Source: Minisyncoccota bacterium (GTDB taxonomy: Bacteria > Patescibacteriota > Minisyncoccia > Phycocordibacterales > CAJBRS01). From it: DNA of 64,000 bases. The notes below the pieces were generated by a model. That model searched no databases. It saw nothing but the letters and a program-made list of their open reading frames with translations, and was not told the origin of the DNA. The translations under genes and the position numbers were made by a program. Within the stretch, counting starts at the first letter, position 1. The number at the start of each line of letters is the position of its first letter. The stretch is from NCBI GenBank assembly GCA_035652395.1, contig DASRDX010000009.1, positions 208,411 to 272,410 of the forward strand. Direction: 5' to 3'. Below, piece by piece: positions 30,819 to 40,433 of this stretch.

Positions 30819-31610
30819 CTATTTTTTGATCCGTTCGTGTAACCTCTGAGCCTCTTTCCACGCTAAATTAAAACTATTTTTGAACATCTCCGCTATTTCT
30901 TTATGTTCAATGATAATTCCAAATTTTTTTACGGGATCTACTAATGCTACTCGATTCCCATATATAGCCATATCACAAGGGAATTTATATTCTTTTTCTG
31001 GTATGAGCGAGATTTGATCAGGTATATTTTTGGGCAATGTTCTCCAGCGAGCTACAGACTCCTTGTTGGCAGGATTTATTGCCCGCATCTTTATACCTTT
31101 TTTAATACGAGGTATATTATGTTCTTCTAGAAAGTTCGGGAAAATTTTAAAAATAGTCCCTGGATTTGCATAAGTCTTTAAATCTTTCGCCTCAGAAGAA
31201 AAGATATCATGATAAGTATTTTTCAATCCTTCAACGCCCTCATATACTTTCACGGTTGGCTTGTATCGTGTTTCTTTATGATAAGCACGCAATTCAGGGA
31301 TGATTTTTTTCACCGAATCTAAAGCAAGAGTACGGTCTTTTACAGCGTCTTCTGCGATTTTCAGAATAGCATCTGGGGTAGCTGCCACAAATTGTTGACA
31401 TTTATGACCCACCACCAACTCCACCAGACCGCGTTTCCGCAAAGAATCAATGATGACATAAGTCGAGCTTCTATTAACTTTTGCCTCTTTAGCTATCACA
31501 CTGACTGTTGCGGTCCCGAGCTTTATTAAACAGACATAAACTGTGATTTGTTTCTCACTTAATCCAATGGAAGTTAAGTCATTTTTTGTGTTGTTAAGCA
31601 TCAACAACAT
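30819..31610 (-). CDS. TrmB family transcriptional regulator
   Basis: L...GLSEKQ..VY..L..LG...VS.IA..A.V.RSS.Y..I..L..RGLV HTH; K.YEG.EG; D.AIYG.RVA...GIIIE...IA..F...F..AW. Confidence 0.9.
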   Translation of the reverse strand: MLLMLNNTKNDLTSIGLSEKQITVYVCLIKLGTATVSVIAKEAKVNRSSTYVIIDSLRKRGLVELVVGHKCQQFVAATPDAILKIAEDAVKDRTLALDSVKKIIPELRAYHKETRYKPTVKVYEGVEGLKNTYHDIFSSEAKDLKTYANPGTIFKIFPNFLEEHNIPRIKKGIKMRAINPANKESVARWRTLPKNIPDQISLIPEKEYKFPCDMAIYGNRVALVDPVKKFGIIIEHKEIAEMFKNSFNLAWKEAQRLHERIKK

Positions 31611-31785
31611 CTTAGAATTAATCTTTAAAAGAATCAATGGGTCGTTCAGTCGGTGGAAATATTGATGAACCTGAATCTGCTCGTCATGCAGATAAAATCA
31701 AATCTTCGGCAGGTGAATGCGGTATTATTCTACGGTGATTGAGCCCCGCTTAGCCCACGGGGATTTTTAATGATAAAATAAACAC

Positions 31786-31911
31786 ATGAATCAGATTGTC
31801 TTGATTAGATTTACTTTTAAACACGGAGGAAAAAGAAAGTGGATAAAATGGTCTAAAGAAAAAATGAAAAGTTTATCTATCTTCTTCCAAAAAGCTTGTT
31901 TGTCTATTTAA
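31786..31911 (+). CDS. Possible 41-aa small ORF or gene remnant
   Basis: Translated by hand: MNQIVLIRFTFKHGGKRKWIKWSKEKMKSLSIFFQKACLSI*. TAAAAT lies 6 nt before ATG. Confidence 0.35.
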   Translation: MNQIVLIRFTFKHGGKRKWIKWSKEKMKSLSIFFQKACLSI

Positions 31912-31926
31912 TTTTGAGTTAAAGAA

Positions 31927-32952
31927 ATGAACCCTAGGGACATTAAATTATCAAATTTTTATCGAATGGTAACTCAGTCAGACCGTATTAAGTTTTTATT
32001 GAGTTACGCCGTTCTGGCGCCATCGACTCACAACAGCCAGCCATGGCTTTTTAAAATTGAGAATAATGTCTGTAAGGTTTATTACGATCCAAAATATTTG
32101 ATTCCGGTAGGAGATCCTCTAACTCGCGATCTGCATATAAGTATCGGGTGCGCGGTGGAAAACTTGAATATCGCCGCTAAATATTTTGGTATGGCTCCCA
32201 TTGTTAATCTCGGTCCGTTCGAGGAAAAAAATCTTCTTGCAAAAATAATTTTCTCCGAACCCGCCAATAAGCTCGATAACTACGGGAATCTCTTAAATAC
32301 GATCCCGAAAAGAATTAATGCCCGTGGAGTTTTCCAAAAGACCGAAATCAATTTGTCTACTTTGGACGAAGTCAAATCTGAAATGCAAAAGAGTGGTTAT
32401 ACCGATAATTTAACTCTTCACCTCATTGTGGATCGAGATAAAATAAATAGTCTTGCCCGTTTAACGGCACGGGGTCTCCGTATGGCTTATCAAAAACCTA
32501 TTTTTAGAAGGGAAATGTCTCGATGGATGAATAATAGTCTTTCGCCGAAAAAAGAAGGGCTCCACGGTTACGCGCTTAAAATGCCACTGTTTTTGTCTTT
32601 CATTATTCCTACTTTAGTTCGTCTGAAGGATATTGGCCCTTTTTTAGCCGACAAAAATTATCAAAGTATTTCATCTGCTCCGCTTTTAGTAGTTATAAGC
32701 GCCAAGAAGAATGATCCGCACACTTGGCTCGAAACTGGGCTATTAGCCGAAAGACTCATGCTTGAATTTCAGAGTCAAGATCTGCAGACTTCCATTTTTG
32801 TAGCCTCTATTGAAATGGCTGATCTTTATAAAGAGGTTCAGAAAATTTTAAATACGACTGAAATTCCACAATTTCTTTTTGCGGTAGGGAAAATAGACTC
32901 CCTTCATAAATTCACGCCCCGTCATCGATTAGAAAAGAAAATTATTAATTGA
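31927..32952 (+). CDS. Acg-family FMN nitroreductase-like oxidoreductase
   Basis: A.LAPSTHNSQPW.F, DP..R.L.IS.GCA.ENL, R..R..F, W..TG...ER..L. Confidence 0.88.
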   Translation: MNPRDIKLSNFYRMVTQSDRIKFLLSYAVLAPSTHNSQPWLFKIENNVCKVYYDPKYLIPVGDPLTRDLHISIGCAVENLNIAAKYFGMAPIVNLGPFEEKNLLAKIIFSEPANKLDNYGNLLNTIPKRINARGVFQKTEINLSTLDEVKSEMQKSGYTDNLTLHLIVDRDKINSLARLTARGLRMAYQKPIFRREMSRWMNNSLSPKKEGLHGYALKMPLFLSFIIPTLVRLKDIGPFLADKNYQSISSAPLLVVISAKKNDPHTWLETGLLAERLMLEFQSQDLQTSIFVASIEMADLYKEVQKILNTTEIPQFLFAVGKIDSLHKFTPRHRLEKKIIN

Positions 32953-32953
32953 C

Positions 32954-34060
32954 ATGGATCTCTTCTCTAAAATTAAAAAACAACCTCACAAACCGGATAC
33001 GATCTGGCAACCCTCTATTTTTGATTTAAAAACGCAGAAGGATCAAAAGGCCGTGGCAGATCTTATAGAAAGTGGGGCAATTGACCGAATAATTGAAACT
33101 TTTCATATTCAGAATAAAGAATTGGCCGAAGTTCGGGATCCATCTAAAATTTCTCATCCAACCGAAACAAAGACAGAATCTAAAACAGATCCCGACGAAG
33201 GAGTTTGGGTGTATTTCCCTTGGAGGAAAAGTCTGATTCACCTTTTGGCGAAATCTGATTATATAGAACTTCGGACGTCTCGAAATAGTCACTTGATTAC
33301 CCTGGAGGAACAGAAAAAGTTCGAGGGGGCGAGAATTGGTTTCGCCGGTCTAAATGTCGGTAATCCGGGGGCCGTTTGTATTACGCTAGAGGGAGGATCC
33401 CGTCAGATGAAATTGGCTGACCTTGATCCTTTATCTGTGTCGAATATGAACCGTTTTAATACCGGCATTGATAATTTAGGAGTAAATAAAGTCATAATCT
33501 CTGCTAGACAAATATTCGAAATAGATCCATTCATGGAAATAGAATTGTATGAAGATGGAATTAAGCCGGAAAATATTGATAAATTTCTTCTTGAGCCTAA
33601 AATTGACCTACTCATTGAGGAAATGGACAATTTAAAATTGAAAATTCTTATCCGGGAAAGAGCTAAGCTTCATCGGATCCCAGTGATTATGGTCACCGCT
33701 GATGGCATTTTAGACATTGAAAGATATGATTTGGAACCTGATTTGCCAATTATGGCGGGCAACTTGAGGGCGGAAGTCATTGAAGGGATAAATAATGTTG
33801 TGCCCAGCAAAGGCAACTTGCGAGAAAGAGTGATGTTGGCGCGGGATTTTATCGGGAAGGATCTGCATTCTCAACGTTTAAACGAAGCTTTTGAAAAAAT
33901 TGGTACGGAAATCCCAAGCATTCCGCAGTTAGCCGAATGGACGTTTTTGCGCGGCGCCCTCCTCTGTCATGGCGCAAGAAAAATTCTAAGCGGAGAGAAA
34001 GTGGTATCCGGAAGATACTTATTAACTTCTGACAGTATTTTGAAAAAGAAAATAGCCTGA
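32954..34060 (+). CDS. ThiF/E1-like adenylyltransferase, Rv1355c type
   Basis: WVYFPWR..L.HLL...RT.RN..LIT.EEQ, GFAGLNVG, D.D.L..SN.NR, EEMD.L..K, .PQLA. Confidence 0.88.
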   Translation: MDLFSKIKKQPHKPDTIWQPSIFDLKTQKDQKAVADLIESGAIDRIIETFHIQNKELAEVRDPSKISHPTETKTESKTDPDEGVWVYFPWRKSLIHLLAKSDYIELRTSRNSHLITLEEQKKFEGARIGFAGLNVGNPGAVCITLEGGSRQMKLADLDPLSVSNMNRFNTGIDNLGVNKVIISARQIFEIDPFMEIELYEDGIKPENIDKFLLEPKIDLLIEEMDNLKLKILIRERAKLHRIPVIMVTADGILDIERYDLEPDLPIMAGNLRAEVIEGINNVVPSKGNLRERVMLARDFIGKDLHSQRLNEAFEKIGTEIPSIPQLAEWTFLRGALLCHGARKILSGEKVVSGRYLLTSDSILKKKIA

Positions 34061-34073
34061 TAGAATTTTAACG

Positions 34074-35651
34074 ATGGATGTCTTTCAAAACTTTGATCTT
34101 TTGACAGTAGGAATCGTTACGGCCGGAATTGGTATTCTGGGCTTTACTCTCTACATCAATAATCGGCGAAGCATTACCAACCAAACTTTTTTGATGTTGT
34201 CGGTAGTCTCGATAGTTTGGAGCATTCTAAACTATTTAAGTTACCAGTTGATCCTACCCAACCAGCTGTTCTTGATAAGAGGAGAACTTTTTTGCGCTAT
34301 TTGGCACACTTATTACTTTTTTAAATTCCTGTATGTGTTGCCGGAAGAGACGGTTACTTTTCCGAGATATTATCAGAGATTTTTAATTCCCTGGGTTTGC
34401 CTATTATCTCTACTAACTTTGAGTAACTTAGTAGCGGCCACTCCAGGAAGTTACTCCGGAGATGGTCATTTAATTTCATTCCTGCCCGGTCCCTTAATTC
34501 CTTTTTTCGGGCTAACCATTGTTATTCTGCTTATTAGTGCCTTCATTATTTTAATTCGCAAGATTGTTCGGGCTAAATCAGGTCAGAAAGCGCCGCTCGT
34601 CTATATTTTGATAGGCACTCTCACCACTTTCTTTTTGATCATTACTTTTATTTTCATTTATCCTGCTTTCCGTGGAGATTCACACTATATTATCTATGGG
34701 GCCTTGTTCAATTTCCCTTTAATAGCCCTGACTAGTTATGCCATTTATCAGCGAAAATTATTAAACGTTCGAGCAGCTAGTGTCTCGGTTATTACTTCAG
34801 TCCTATGCGTAGTGTCATTTCTTGAAATTATTTTTTCCAATACTTTAGTTTTAATTATTTTTCGATCCGCAGTCTTTTTAATTGTTTTGGCAATTAGCAT
34901 CTTGATGAACCGTTTTGTGGAAACTATTGCCGAACAAAGAGAAGAATTGGAGCGCGCCAATGAGAGACAAGAGGGTTTAATCCACTTTATTAGTCATCAA
35001 ATTAAGGGGTATCTGACCAAAAGCAAGGCCGCTTTTGCCGGTATTTTGGAGGGGGATTTCGGGGAAGTCTCTGAGAATGTTAAGTCTGTGGCTAAAGAAG
35101 GATTGAAGGATAATCAGGAAGGGGTAGAGACCGTCATGAGCATTTTGAGCGCCGCCAATTTGAAAAGTGGTACAGTTACCTACAAAAGAGAATCACTTGA
35201 TTTTAGGAAGTTAGTAATCGATCAGATCGATAGTCACCGAAAGGCCGCCGTCGATAAAGGGTTGCGTTTTGAAAGTCAGATTGATCAAGAACCGAATTAT
35301 GCTTTGATCGGAGACGGGGAACAATTGAGTAAGCACGTTATCGGAAATCTGATCGATAATTCCATTAAATACACCCTGAAGGGGAACGTCACGATTGGCT
35401 TGAGAAAAAATGGAGACAAAATTTTATTTTGGGTAAAGGATAGTGGTGTTGGAATTACAGATGAAGATAAGAAGCGCCTCTTCACCGAAGGCGGGCGCGG
35501 CAAGGAATCAACTAAAGTGAATGTTGACAGCACCGGTTACGGCCTTTATATCGCCAAACAAATCGTGGAAGTTCATAAAGGGCGCATTTGGGCCGAATCG
35601 GAAGGGGCCGGAAAAGGTTCTACTTTTTTTGTGGAATTATCCGCTACTTGA
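34074..35651 (+). CDS. Sensor histidine kinase with multi-TM (HisKA-7TM-like) input domain
   Basis: 7-9 TM segments; H-box ISHQIKG, N-box NLIDNSIKYT, G1 DSGVGI, G2 GYGLYI. Confidence 0.92.
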   Translation: MDVFQNFDLLTVGIVTAGIGILGFTLYINNRRSITNQTFLMLSVVSIVWSILNYLSYQLILPNQLFLIRGELFCAIWHTYYFFKFLYVLPEETVTFPRYYQRFLIPWVCLLSLLTLSNLVAATPGSYSGDGHLISFLPGPLIPFFGLTIVILLISAFIILIRKIVRAKSGQKAPLVYILIGTLTTFFLIITFIFIYPAFRGDSHYIIYGALFNFPLIALTSYAIYQRKLLNVRAASVSVITSVLCVVSFLEIIFSNTLVLIIFRSAVFLIVLAISILMNRFVETIAEQREELERANERQEGLIHFISHQIKGYLTKSKAAFAGILEGDFGEVSENVKSVAKEGLKDNQEGVETVMSILSAANLKSGTVTYKRESLDFRKLVIDQIDSHRKAAVDKGLRFESQIDQEPNYALIGDGEQLSKHVIGNLIDNSIKYTLKGNVTIGLRKNGDKILFWVKDSGVGITDEDKKRLFTEGGRGKESTKVNVDSTGYGLYIAKQIVEVHKGRIWAESEGAGKGSTFFVELSAT

Positions 35652-35700
35652 TTTTTTATTTAAAGATGGTATAATTCGGAAAATAAACCAAGGAGGTCTT

Positions 35701-36003
35701 TTGGATAAAATCATTGTTGGAATTCTGCGTCGTGAGCAAAAGGACTTGCTTCAGGAAGAAGTTCTCGCCATCGAACATGCCTTTCCGGGAAAAGAGATTC
35801 AGTACGTGAAGCTAGATTCGCGAGATTATCTCGAGCACTCAAAACTTTGCAGAGAGATCAAGCCGAGCGTGGTTATCTTGCCCATGGATCGCCCTATTCC
35901 AGCGAAGGCAATGGAAGAGGGTGTCGTGCATGTCGAAGCCACCACTGGCCGACTGCGAAGGCTTCTGCCATTGCGGCCGGAGTTCGAACCATATGTTTCG
36001 TGA
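35701..36003 (+). CDS. Hypothetical 100-aa protein
   Basis: TATAAT promoter and AGGAGG SD precede TTG 35701; a terminator follows. Confidence 0.7.
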   Translation: MDKIIVGILRREQKDLLQEEVLAIEHAFPGKEIQYVKLDSRDYLEHSKLCREIKPSVVILPMDRPIPAKAMEEGVVHVEATTGRLRRLLPLRPEFEPYVS

Positions 36004-36007
36004 TTTT

Positions 36008-36050
36008 ATTAGCCCAGCCACCATCAAAAGTGGCTGGGCTAATTATTTTA
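36008..36050 (+). terminator. Intrinsic terminator
   Basis: 14-bp stem ATTAGCCCAGCCAC / GTGGCTGGGCTAAT followed by TATTTT. Confidence 0.8.
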
Positions 36051-36087
36051 TTTCAGTTTTAAGCCATTTTTTGCTATTATTTTCCTA

Positions 36088-37041
36088 ATGGCAAACTCAA
36101 AAATCATGTTCTCCGGCGTTAAGCCAACCGGCCGACCTCATATTGGCAATTATTTTGGGGCCATGCGCCAGTTTGTACAATTGCAGGATAAATATGACAG
36201 TCTGGTGATGATTGCCGATTATCATGCCCTCAATTTCATTCAAAATGCCGACGAAATGACCGAAAATATTGTCGGAGTGATGATGGATTATTTAGCCATC
36301 GGCCTTGACCCTAAAAAGGTAATTTTATTTAAGCAGTCAGATGTGCCGGAACATACTGAATTAACGTGGATTTTTGACACCATTACCACCATGCCATATC
36401 TTCAGCGCGCTCACGCCTACAAGGATGCGCTAGCCAAAAATAAGGAAATTAGCGCCGGCACTTTTAATTATCCGATGTTGATGGCCACTGATATTTTGCT
36501 TTATGATCCGGCCGTCGTTCCGGTAGGAAGCGACCAGAAACAGCATGTGGAAATTGCTCGAGATACGGCTGAAAAATTCAATCGAATTTTCGGGGAAACT
36601 TTTAAGCTGCCGGAGCCAATGATCTTGAGTGAAGTTCAAACGGTGCCCGGCATTGACGGACAGAAAATGAGCAAAAGTTACAACAACACCATTCCACTTT
36701 TTGCTTCGGATGAGGAAATAAGGAAATCGGTAATGAGCATCGTCACTGATTCAGGAGAGGGGGAGCCGACGAATGTGAAAGCCATTCATCTTCTGGTAAA
36801 ACCCGCCGCGGAAGTTGAAAAACTATATTCGGAAAGCCGCGGAAAGTATCAGTCTCTGAAAGAAGCCTTAATTACAGATTTAACTGCTTTCATTTCACCG
36901 CTACGAGAAAAAAGAAAAGAATGGGAGAGTCGGCGAGAGGAGGTGCTGAAAATCTTAAAAGAGGGCGGGGAGAAGGCCCGGGAGCGAGCGGCGGCCAAAA
37001 TGAATATTGTTCGTGAGCGCATCGGGGTAAAATTATATTGA
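36088..37041 (+). CDS. trpS: Tryptophan--tRNA ligase
   Basis: SGVKPTG.PHIGNYFGA, YP.LMA.DILLY, VPVG.DQKQH, KMSKS. Confidence 0.98.
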   Translation: MANSKIMFSGVKPTGRPHIGNYFGAMRQFVQLQDKYDSLVMIADYHALNFIQNADEMTENIVGVMMDYLAIGLDPKKVILFKQSDVPEHTELTWIFDTITTMPYLQRAHAYKDALAKNKEISAGTFNYPMLMATDILLYDPAVVPVGSDQKQHVEIARDTAEKFNRIFGETFKLPEPMILSEVQTVPGIDGQKMSKSYNNTIPLFASDEEIRKSVMSIVTDSGEGEPTNVKAIHLLVKPAAEVEKLYSESRGKYQSLKEALITDLTAFISPLREKRKEWESRREEVLKILKEGGEKARERAAAKMNIVRERIGVKLY

Positions 37042-37077
37042 AATAGCTTATAGCTTATGGGCGTTAGCTTTTAGAAA

Positions 37078-38478
37078 ATGCAAAGAACCTATATTAAAAA
37101 CTTAAAGGAGAAAATCGGACAGGAAGTCAAAATTAATGGTTGGATTGATATTCGACGTGATCAGGGAAAACTGATTTTCTTAGATTTTCGCGATATGAGT
37201 GGCTATGTACAAGGTGTAATCTTGCCTAAAAGTGAAGCGCATGAGATTGGGGAAAAGGTCCGGCCGGAATGGGTGGTAGAAGTCCAGGGTCTTGTCAATA
37301 AGCGACCGGAAAAAAGTGTTCAGCCGGAAAAACTAAACGGCGATATTGAACTGGAAATTAAAGAGATAGTGGTTTTAAACGAGGCGGAAACTCCACCGAT
37401 TGATGTTCAGAGTGACGGTCACGAAATCGGAGAAGAACATCGTCTAAAATATCGTTACTTGGATTTGCGGCGGCCAAGGTTGCAGAAAAATATTCGCCAT
37501 CGCCATCGAGTGGTGAAGTTTGTGCGGGATTTTCTGGACAAAGAAGGCTTTACCGAAATTGAAACACCAGTTTTAACTAAATCAACACCGGAGGGTGCTC
37601 GAGATTATATTGTGCCGTCTCGGCTTGAACCGGGCCATTTTTACGCCCTTCCTCAATCGCCACAGCAATACAAGCAGCTTTTGATGGCTGCTGGTTTGGA
37701 GAAGTACTTTCAATTTGCCAAATGTATGCGCGATGAAGATACTCGAGGAGACCGACAGCCGGAGTTCACTCAACTTGATCTGGAAATGAGCTTCGTGGAT
37801 CAAGATGATGTGATGGCACTTAATGAAAAGCTTTTGATTGAAATGGTTCAGGCGATTTATCCAGATAAGAAAATTCAAGAGATTCCATTTCCAAGAATTT
37901 CGTACGCGGAGACGATGGAAAAATACCAGACTGACCGGCCTGATCTCAGAGAAGATAAAAATGATCCAAATGTTTTGGCTTTTTGCTGGATTATTGATTT
38001 TCCTTTCTTTGAGAAAACTGATAAAGGGGCTTGGACATTTACTCATAATCCTTTTTCTGGCGCCAAGACCGAGCATCAAGATTGGCTTAAAAACAAAGAG
38101 AATATTGATCAAATTTTGACTTCTCAATACGATATTGTCCTGAACGGCTATGAAATTGGCGGCGGTAGTATTCGAAATCATAATCCAGAGGCTCTGACTT
38201 CTGTTTTCGAAATCATGGGATATTCAAAGGAAAGCATTGAAAAGAGTTTTGGGCATATGCTGGATGCTTTTAAAAGCGGTACGCCACCGCACGGTGGCAT
38301 TGCTTGGGGTTTTGATCGCCTGATGATGATACTTGAGAACGAGCCAAACATCCGTGAAGTAATCGCCTTCCCAAAAACTGGAGAGGGAAGAGACCTGATG
38401 ATGGATTCGCCAAGCGAAGTATCTGATGAGCAACTGCGAGAGTTAGGAATCAGTCTAAAGAAAAAATCGCAAGGTTAA
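37078..38478 (+). CDS. aspS: Aspartate--tRNA ligase, lacking the GAD insertion
   Basis: RLKYRYLDLRR, STPEGARDY, LPQSPQ, RQPEFTQLD, PPHGGIA.G.DR; only 466 aa. Confidence 0.96.
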   Translation: MQRTYIKNLKEKIGQEVKINGWIDIRRDQGKLIFLDFRDMSGYVQGVILPKSEAHEIGEKVRPEWVVEVQGLVNKRPEKSVQPEKLNGDIELEIKEIVVLNEAETPPIDVQSDGHEIGEEHRLKYRYLDLRRPRLQKNIRHRHRVVKFVRDFLDKEGFTEIETPVLTKSTPEGARDYIVPSRLEPGHFYALPQSPQQYKQLLMAAGLEKYFQFAKCMRDEDTRGDRQPEFTQLDLEMSFVDQDDVMALNEKLLIEMVQAIYPDKKIQEIPFPRISYAETMEKYQTDRPDLREDKNDPNVLAFCWIIDFPFFEKTDKGAWTFTHNPFSGAKTEHQDWLKNKENIDQILTSQYDIVLNGYEIGGGSIRNHNPEALTSVFEIMGYSKESIEKSFGHMLDAFKSGTPPHGGIAWGFDRLMMILENEPNIREVIAFPKTGEGRDLMMDSPSEVSDEQLRELGISLKKKSQG

Positions 38479-38552
38479 CTTTGTTTTAGCTGAAGCTAGT
38501 GATATGCTAAAAATCCTCCAGGAAATTCCTGGTTTTCTTTGTCTATAAAAGT

Positions 38553-40382
38553 ATGAAAAACACCCCGAAAATCGGCATAAAAGAGGTGGCGCTCTCATTC
38601 TGGCGGATAGTCAAAACCGTTCGTTTTTGGCTTATACTCACTTTAATTGGGAGTATCGGCCCCACTGTTATTGATATCTTTGTTCCGCTGCAATATAGAA
38701 ACTTTTTTAACTTATTGGCTGACGCCACGGATAAGGCGGCGACCATTCCCGCTCTTTCGAAAATCATTGTTATTGTTCTTGTTCTGAATTTAGCCGAATG
38801 GGCTATTTCTCGGATTGGCACTATCGGTATTGACCGTTTCGAGAGTAAAGGTTCAATCAGGATACGTCAGCTATCGTTTGAATATCTAATCGATCATTCT
38901 TACACTTTCTTTGCCAATAATTTTACCGGATCGTTGACACAGAAGATTGGCCGCTATGCCCGCGCATATGAGAGTTTGACCGATCGGATCTCTTACAACA
39001 TTATTCCGCTTGCTATTCGAATTGTCGGAACGATTATTATTGTCTTTACTATTAACAACGTCATTGCTTGGGTAATTGTCGGCTGGACAATTCTCTTTTT
39101 AGCTTTTAATTACACCTTTGCCCGATTCAAACTGAAGTACGATATTGCCAAAGCGGCTGCCGATACTAAGTCCTCGGGCCTTTTGGCTGACAACATCACC
39201 AATCACAACACCATTCAACTTTTTACTGGACAACGAATGGAGAACGAAAGATATAAGGAAACAACAAATGAACAGCTCCGCCTCGGTCTTTTGGTAGCCA
39301 ATTTAAATGAGGCAATGGACGCCACGCAAGCTTTATTGATGATCCTGATGGAATTTTTTCTGTTCTATTTTTCCATTCGATTGTGGGCGGAAAATCAAAT
39401 CAGTTTGGGAACATTCGTGCTTTTTCAAACCTACATTCTTGGTCTAGGTTATCGACTTTGGGGGTTCAGTAACATCATCCGCAATCTTTATGAAGCGTTT
39501 GCCGACGCCAAGGAAATGGTGGAAATTCTGCATTTGCCACATGAAATTCAGGATCAGCCAAACGCCCAAAATCTTCAAATCAGGAAAGGGGAGGTGAGAT
39601 TCGAGAATCTTTCATTTAGTTTTAATGAAAATAGGCAGGTGCTAAAAGACGTTGATCTAACAATCGCTGGCGGAGAAAAAGTGGCTCTTATCGGCCCTTC
39701 GGGTGCAGGTAAATCAACTTTCGTTCGCCTCTTACTTCGACTCTATAACGTTACTAGCGGTAAGATCTTGATAGATGAACAAGATATTCAGCAAGTGCGA
39801 CAGGAAAGTCTCCATGCCAATATTAGTCTGGTGCCACAGGACCCAATTCTTTTTCACCGAACCTTGATGGAAAATATTCGATATGGAAAGCGTGACGCCA
39901 CCGATGAAGAGGTGATTAGAGCGGCCAAATTGGCACACTGTGATGAATTTATTGAGAGCTTGCCGAAGAAATATGAAACTTATGTGGGAGAGCGAGGTAT
40001 CAAGCTTTCCGGAGGGGAAAGGCAGCGGGTCGCCATTGCCAGAGCCATTCTGAAAAACGCGCCAATTCTAGTGCTGGATGAAGCGACATCAAGTCTTGAT
40101 TCACATTCGGAAGCTTTAATTCAGGACGCCTTGGAAAAGCTGATGCAGAATAAAACCGTAATTGTTATCGCTCACCGACTTTCTACTATTCAAAAAATGG
40201 ATCGTATTGTAGTAGTAGAAAATGGCAAAATCATTGAAGAAGGTACACATCAGTCGCTGCTTCAGAAAGAAGGCGGGCTGTATCAGAAATTATGGAATTT
40301 ACAGGCAGGCGGTTTTATTGTGACTGATGATGGGGAAGAGGAGACTATTGAAGAAAAAGATACAGAGGAGGAAGAGGATTAA
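38553..40382 (+). CDS. ABC exporter, fused TMD-NBD (MsbA/Atm1-like)
   Basis: Hydrophobic N-terminal half; GPSGAGKS, LSGGERQR, LDEATS, AHRLS. Confidence 0.93.
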   Translation: MKNTPKIGIKEVALSFWRIVKTVRFWLILTLIGSIGPTVIDIFVPLQYRNFFNLLADATDKAATIPALSKIIVIVLVLNLAEWAISRIGTIGIDRFESKGSIRIRQLSFEYLIDHSYTFFANNFTGSLTQKIGRYARAYESLTDRISYNIIPLAIRIVGTIIIVFTINNVIAWVIVGWTILFLAFNYTFARFKLKYDIAKAAADTKSSGLLADNITNHNTIQLFTGQRMENERYKETTNEQLRLGLLVANLNEAMDATQALLMILMEFFLFYFSIRLWAENQISLGTFVLFQTYILGLGYRLWGFSNIIRNLYEAFADAKEMVEILHLPHEIQDQPNAQNLQIRKGEVRFENLSFSFNENRQVLKDVDLTIAGGEKVALIGPSGAGKSTFVRLLLRLYNVTSGKILIDEQDIQQVRQESLHANISLVPQDPILFHRTLMENIRYGKRDATDEEVIRAAKLAHCDEFIESLPKKYETYVGERGIKLSGGERQRVAIARAILKNAPILVLDEATSSLDSHSEALIQDALEKLMQNKTVIVIAHRLSTIQKMDRIVVVENGKIIEEGTHQSLLQKEGGLYQKLWNLQAGGFIVTDDGEEETIEEKDTEEEED

Positions 40383-40417
40383 GAAGAGGGGTCGGGCTTC
40401 GCCCGACCCCTCTTCTA
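40382..40417 (+). terminator. Strong GC-rich hairpin, probable terminator
   Basis: AGAAGAGGGGTCGGGC-TTC-GCCCGACCCCTCTTCT. Confidence 0.75.
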
Positions 40418-40433
40418 CTATATAATTATTAGA

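Noticed and set aside
31927-34060. ThiF plus nitroreductase as an azole-RiPP cluster
   Set aside because: No YcaO cyclodehydratase, peptidase or convincing precursor is present; the ThiF N-terminus is of the Rv1355c type.
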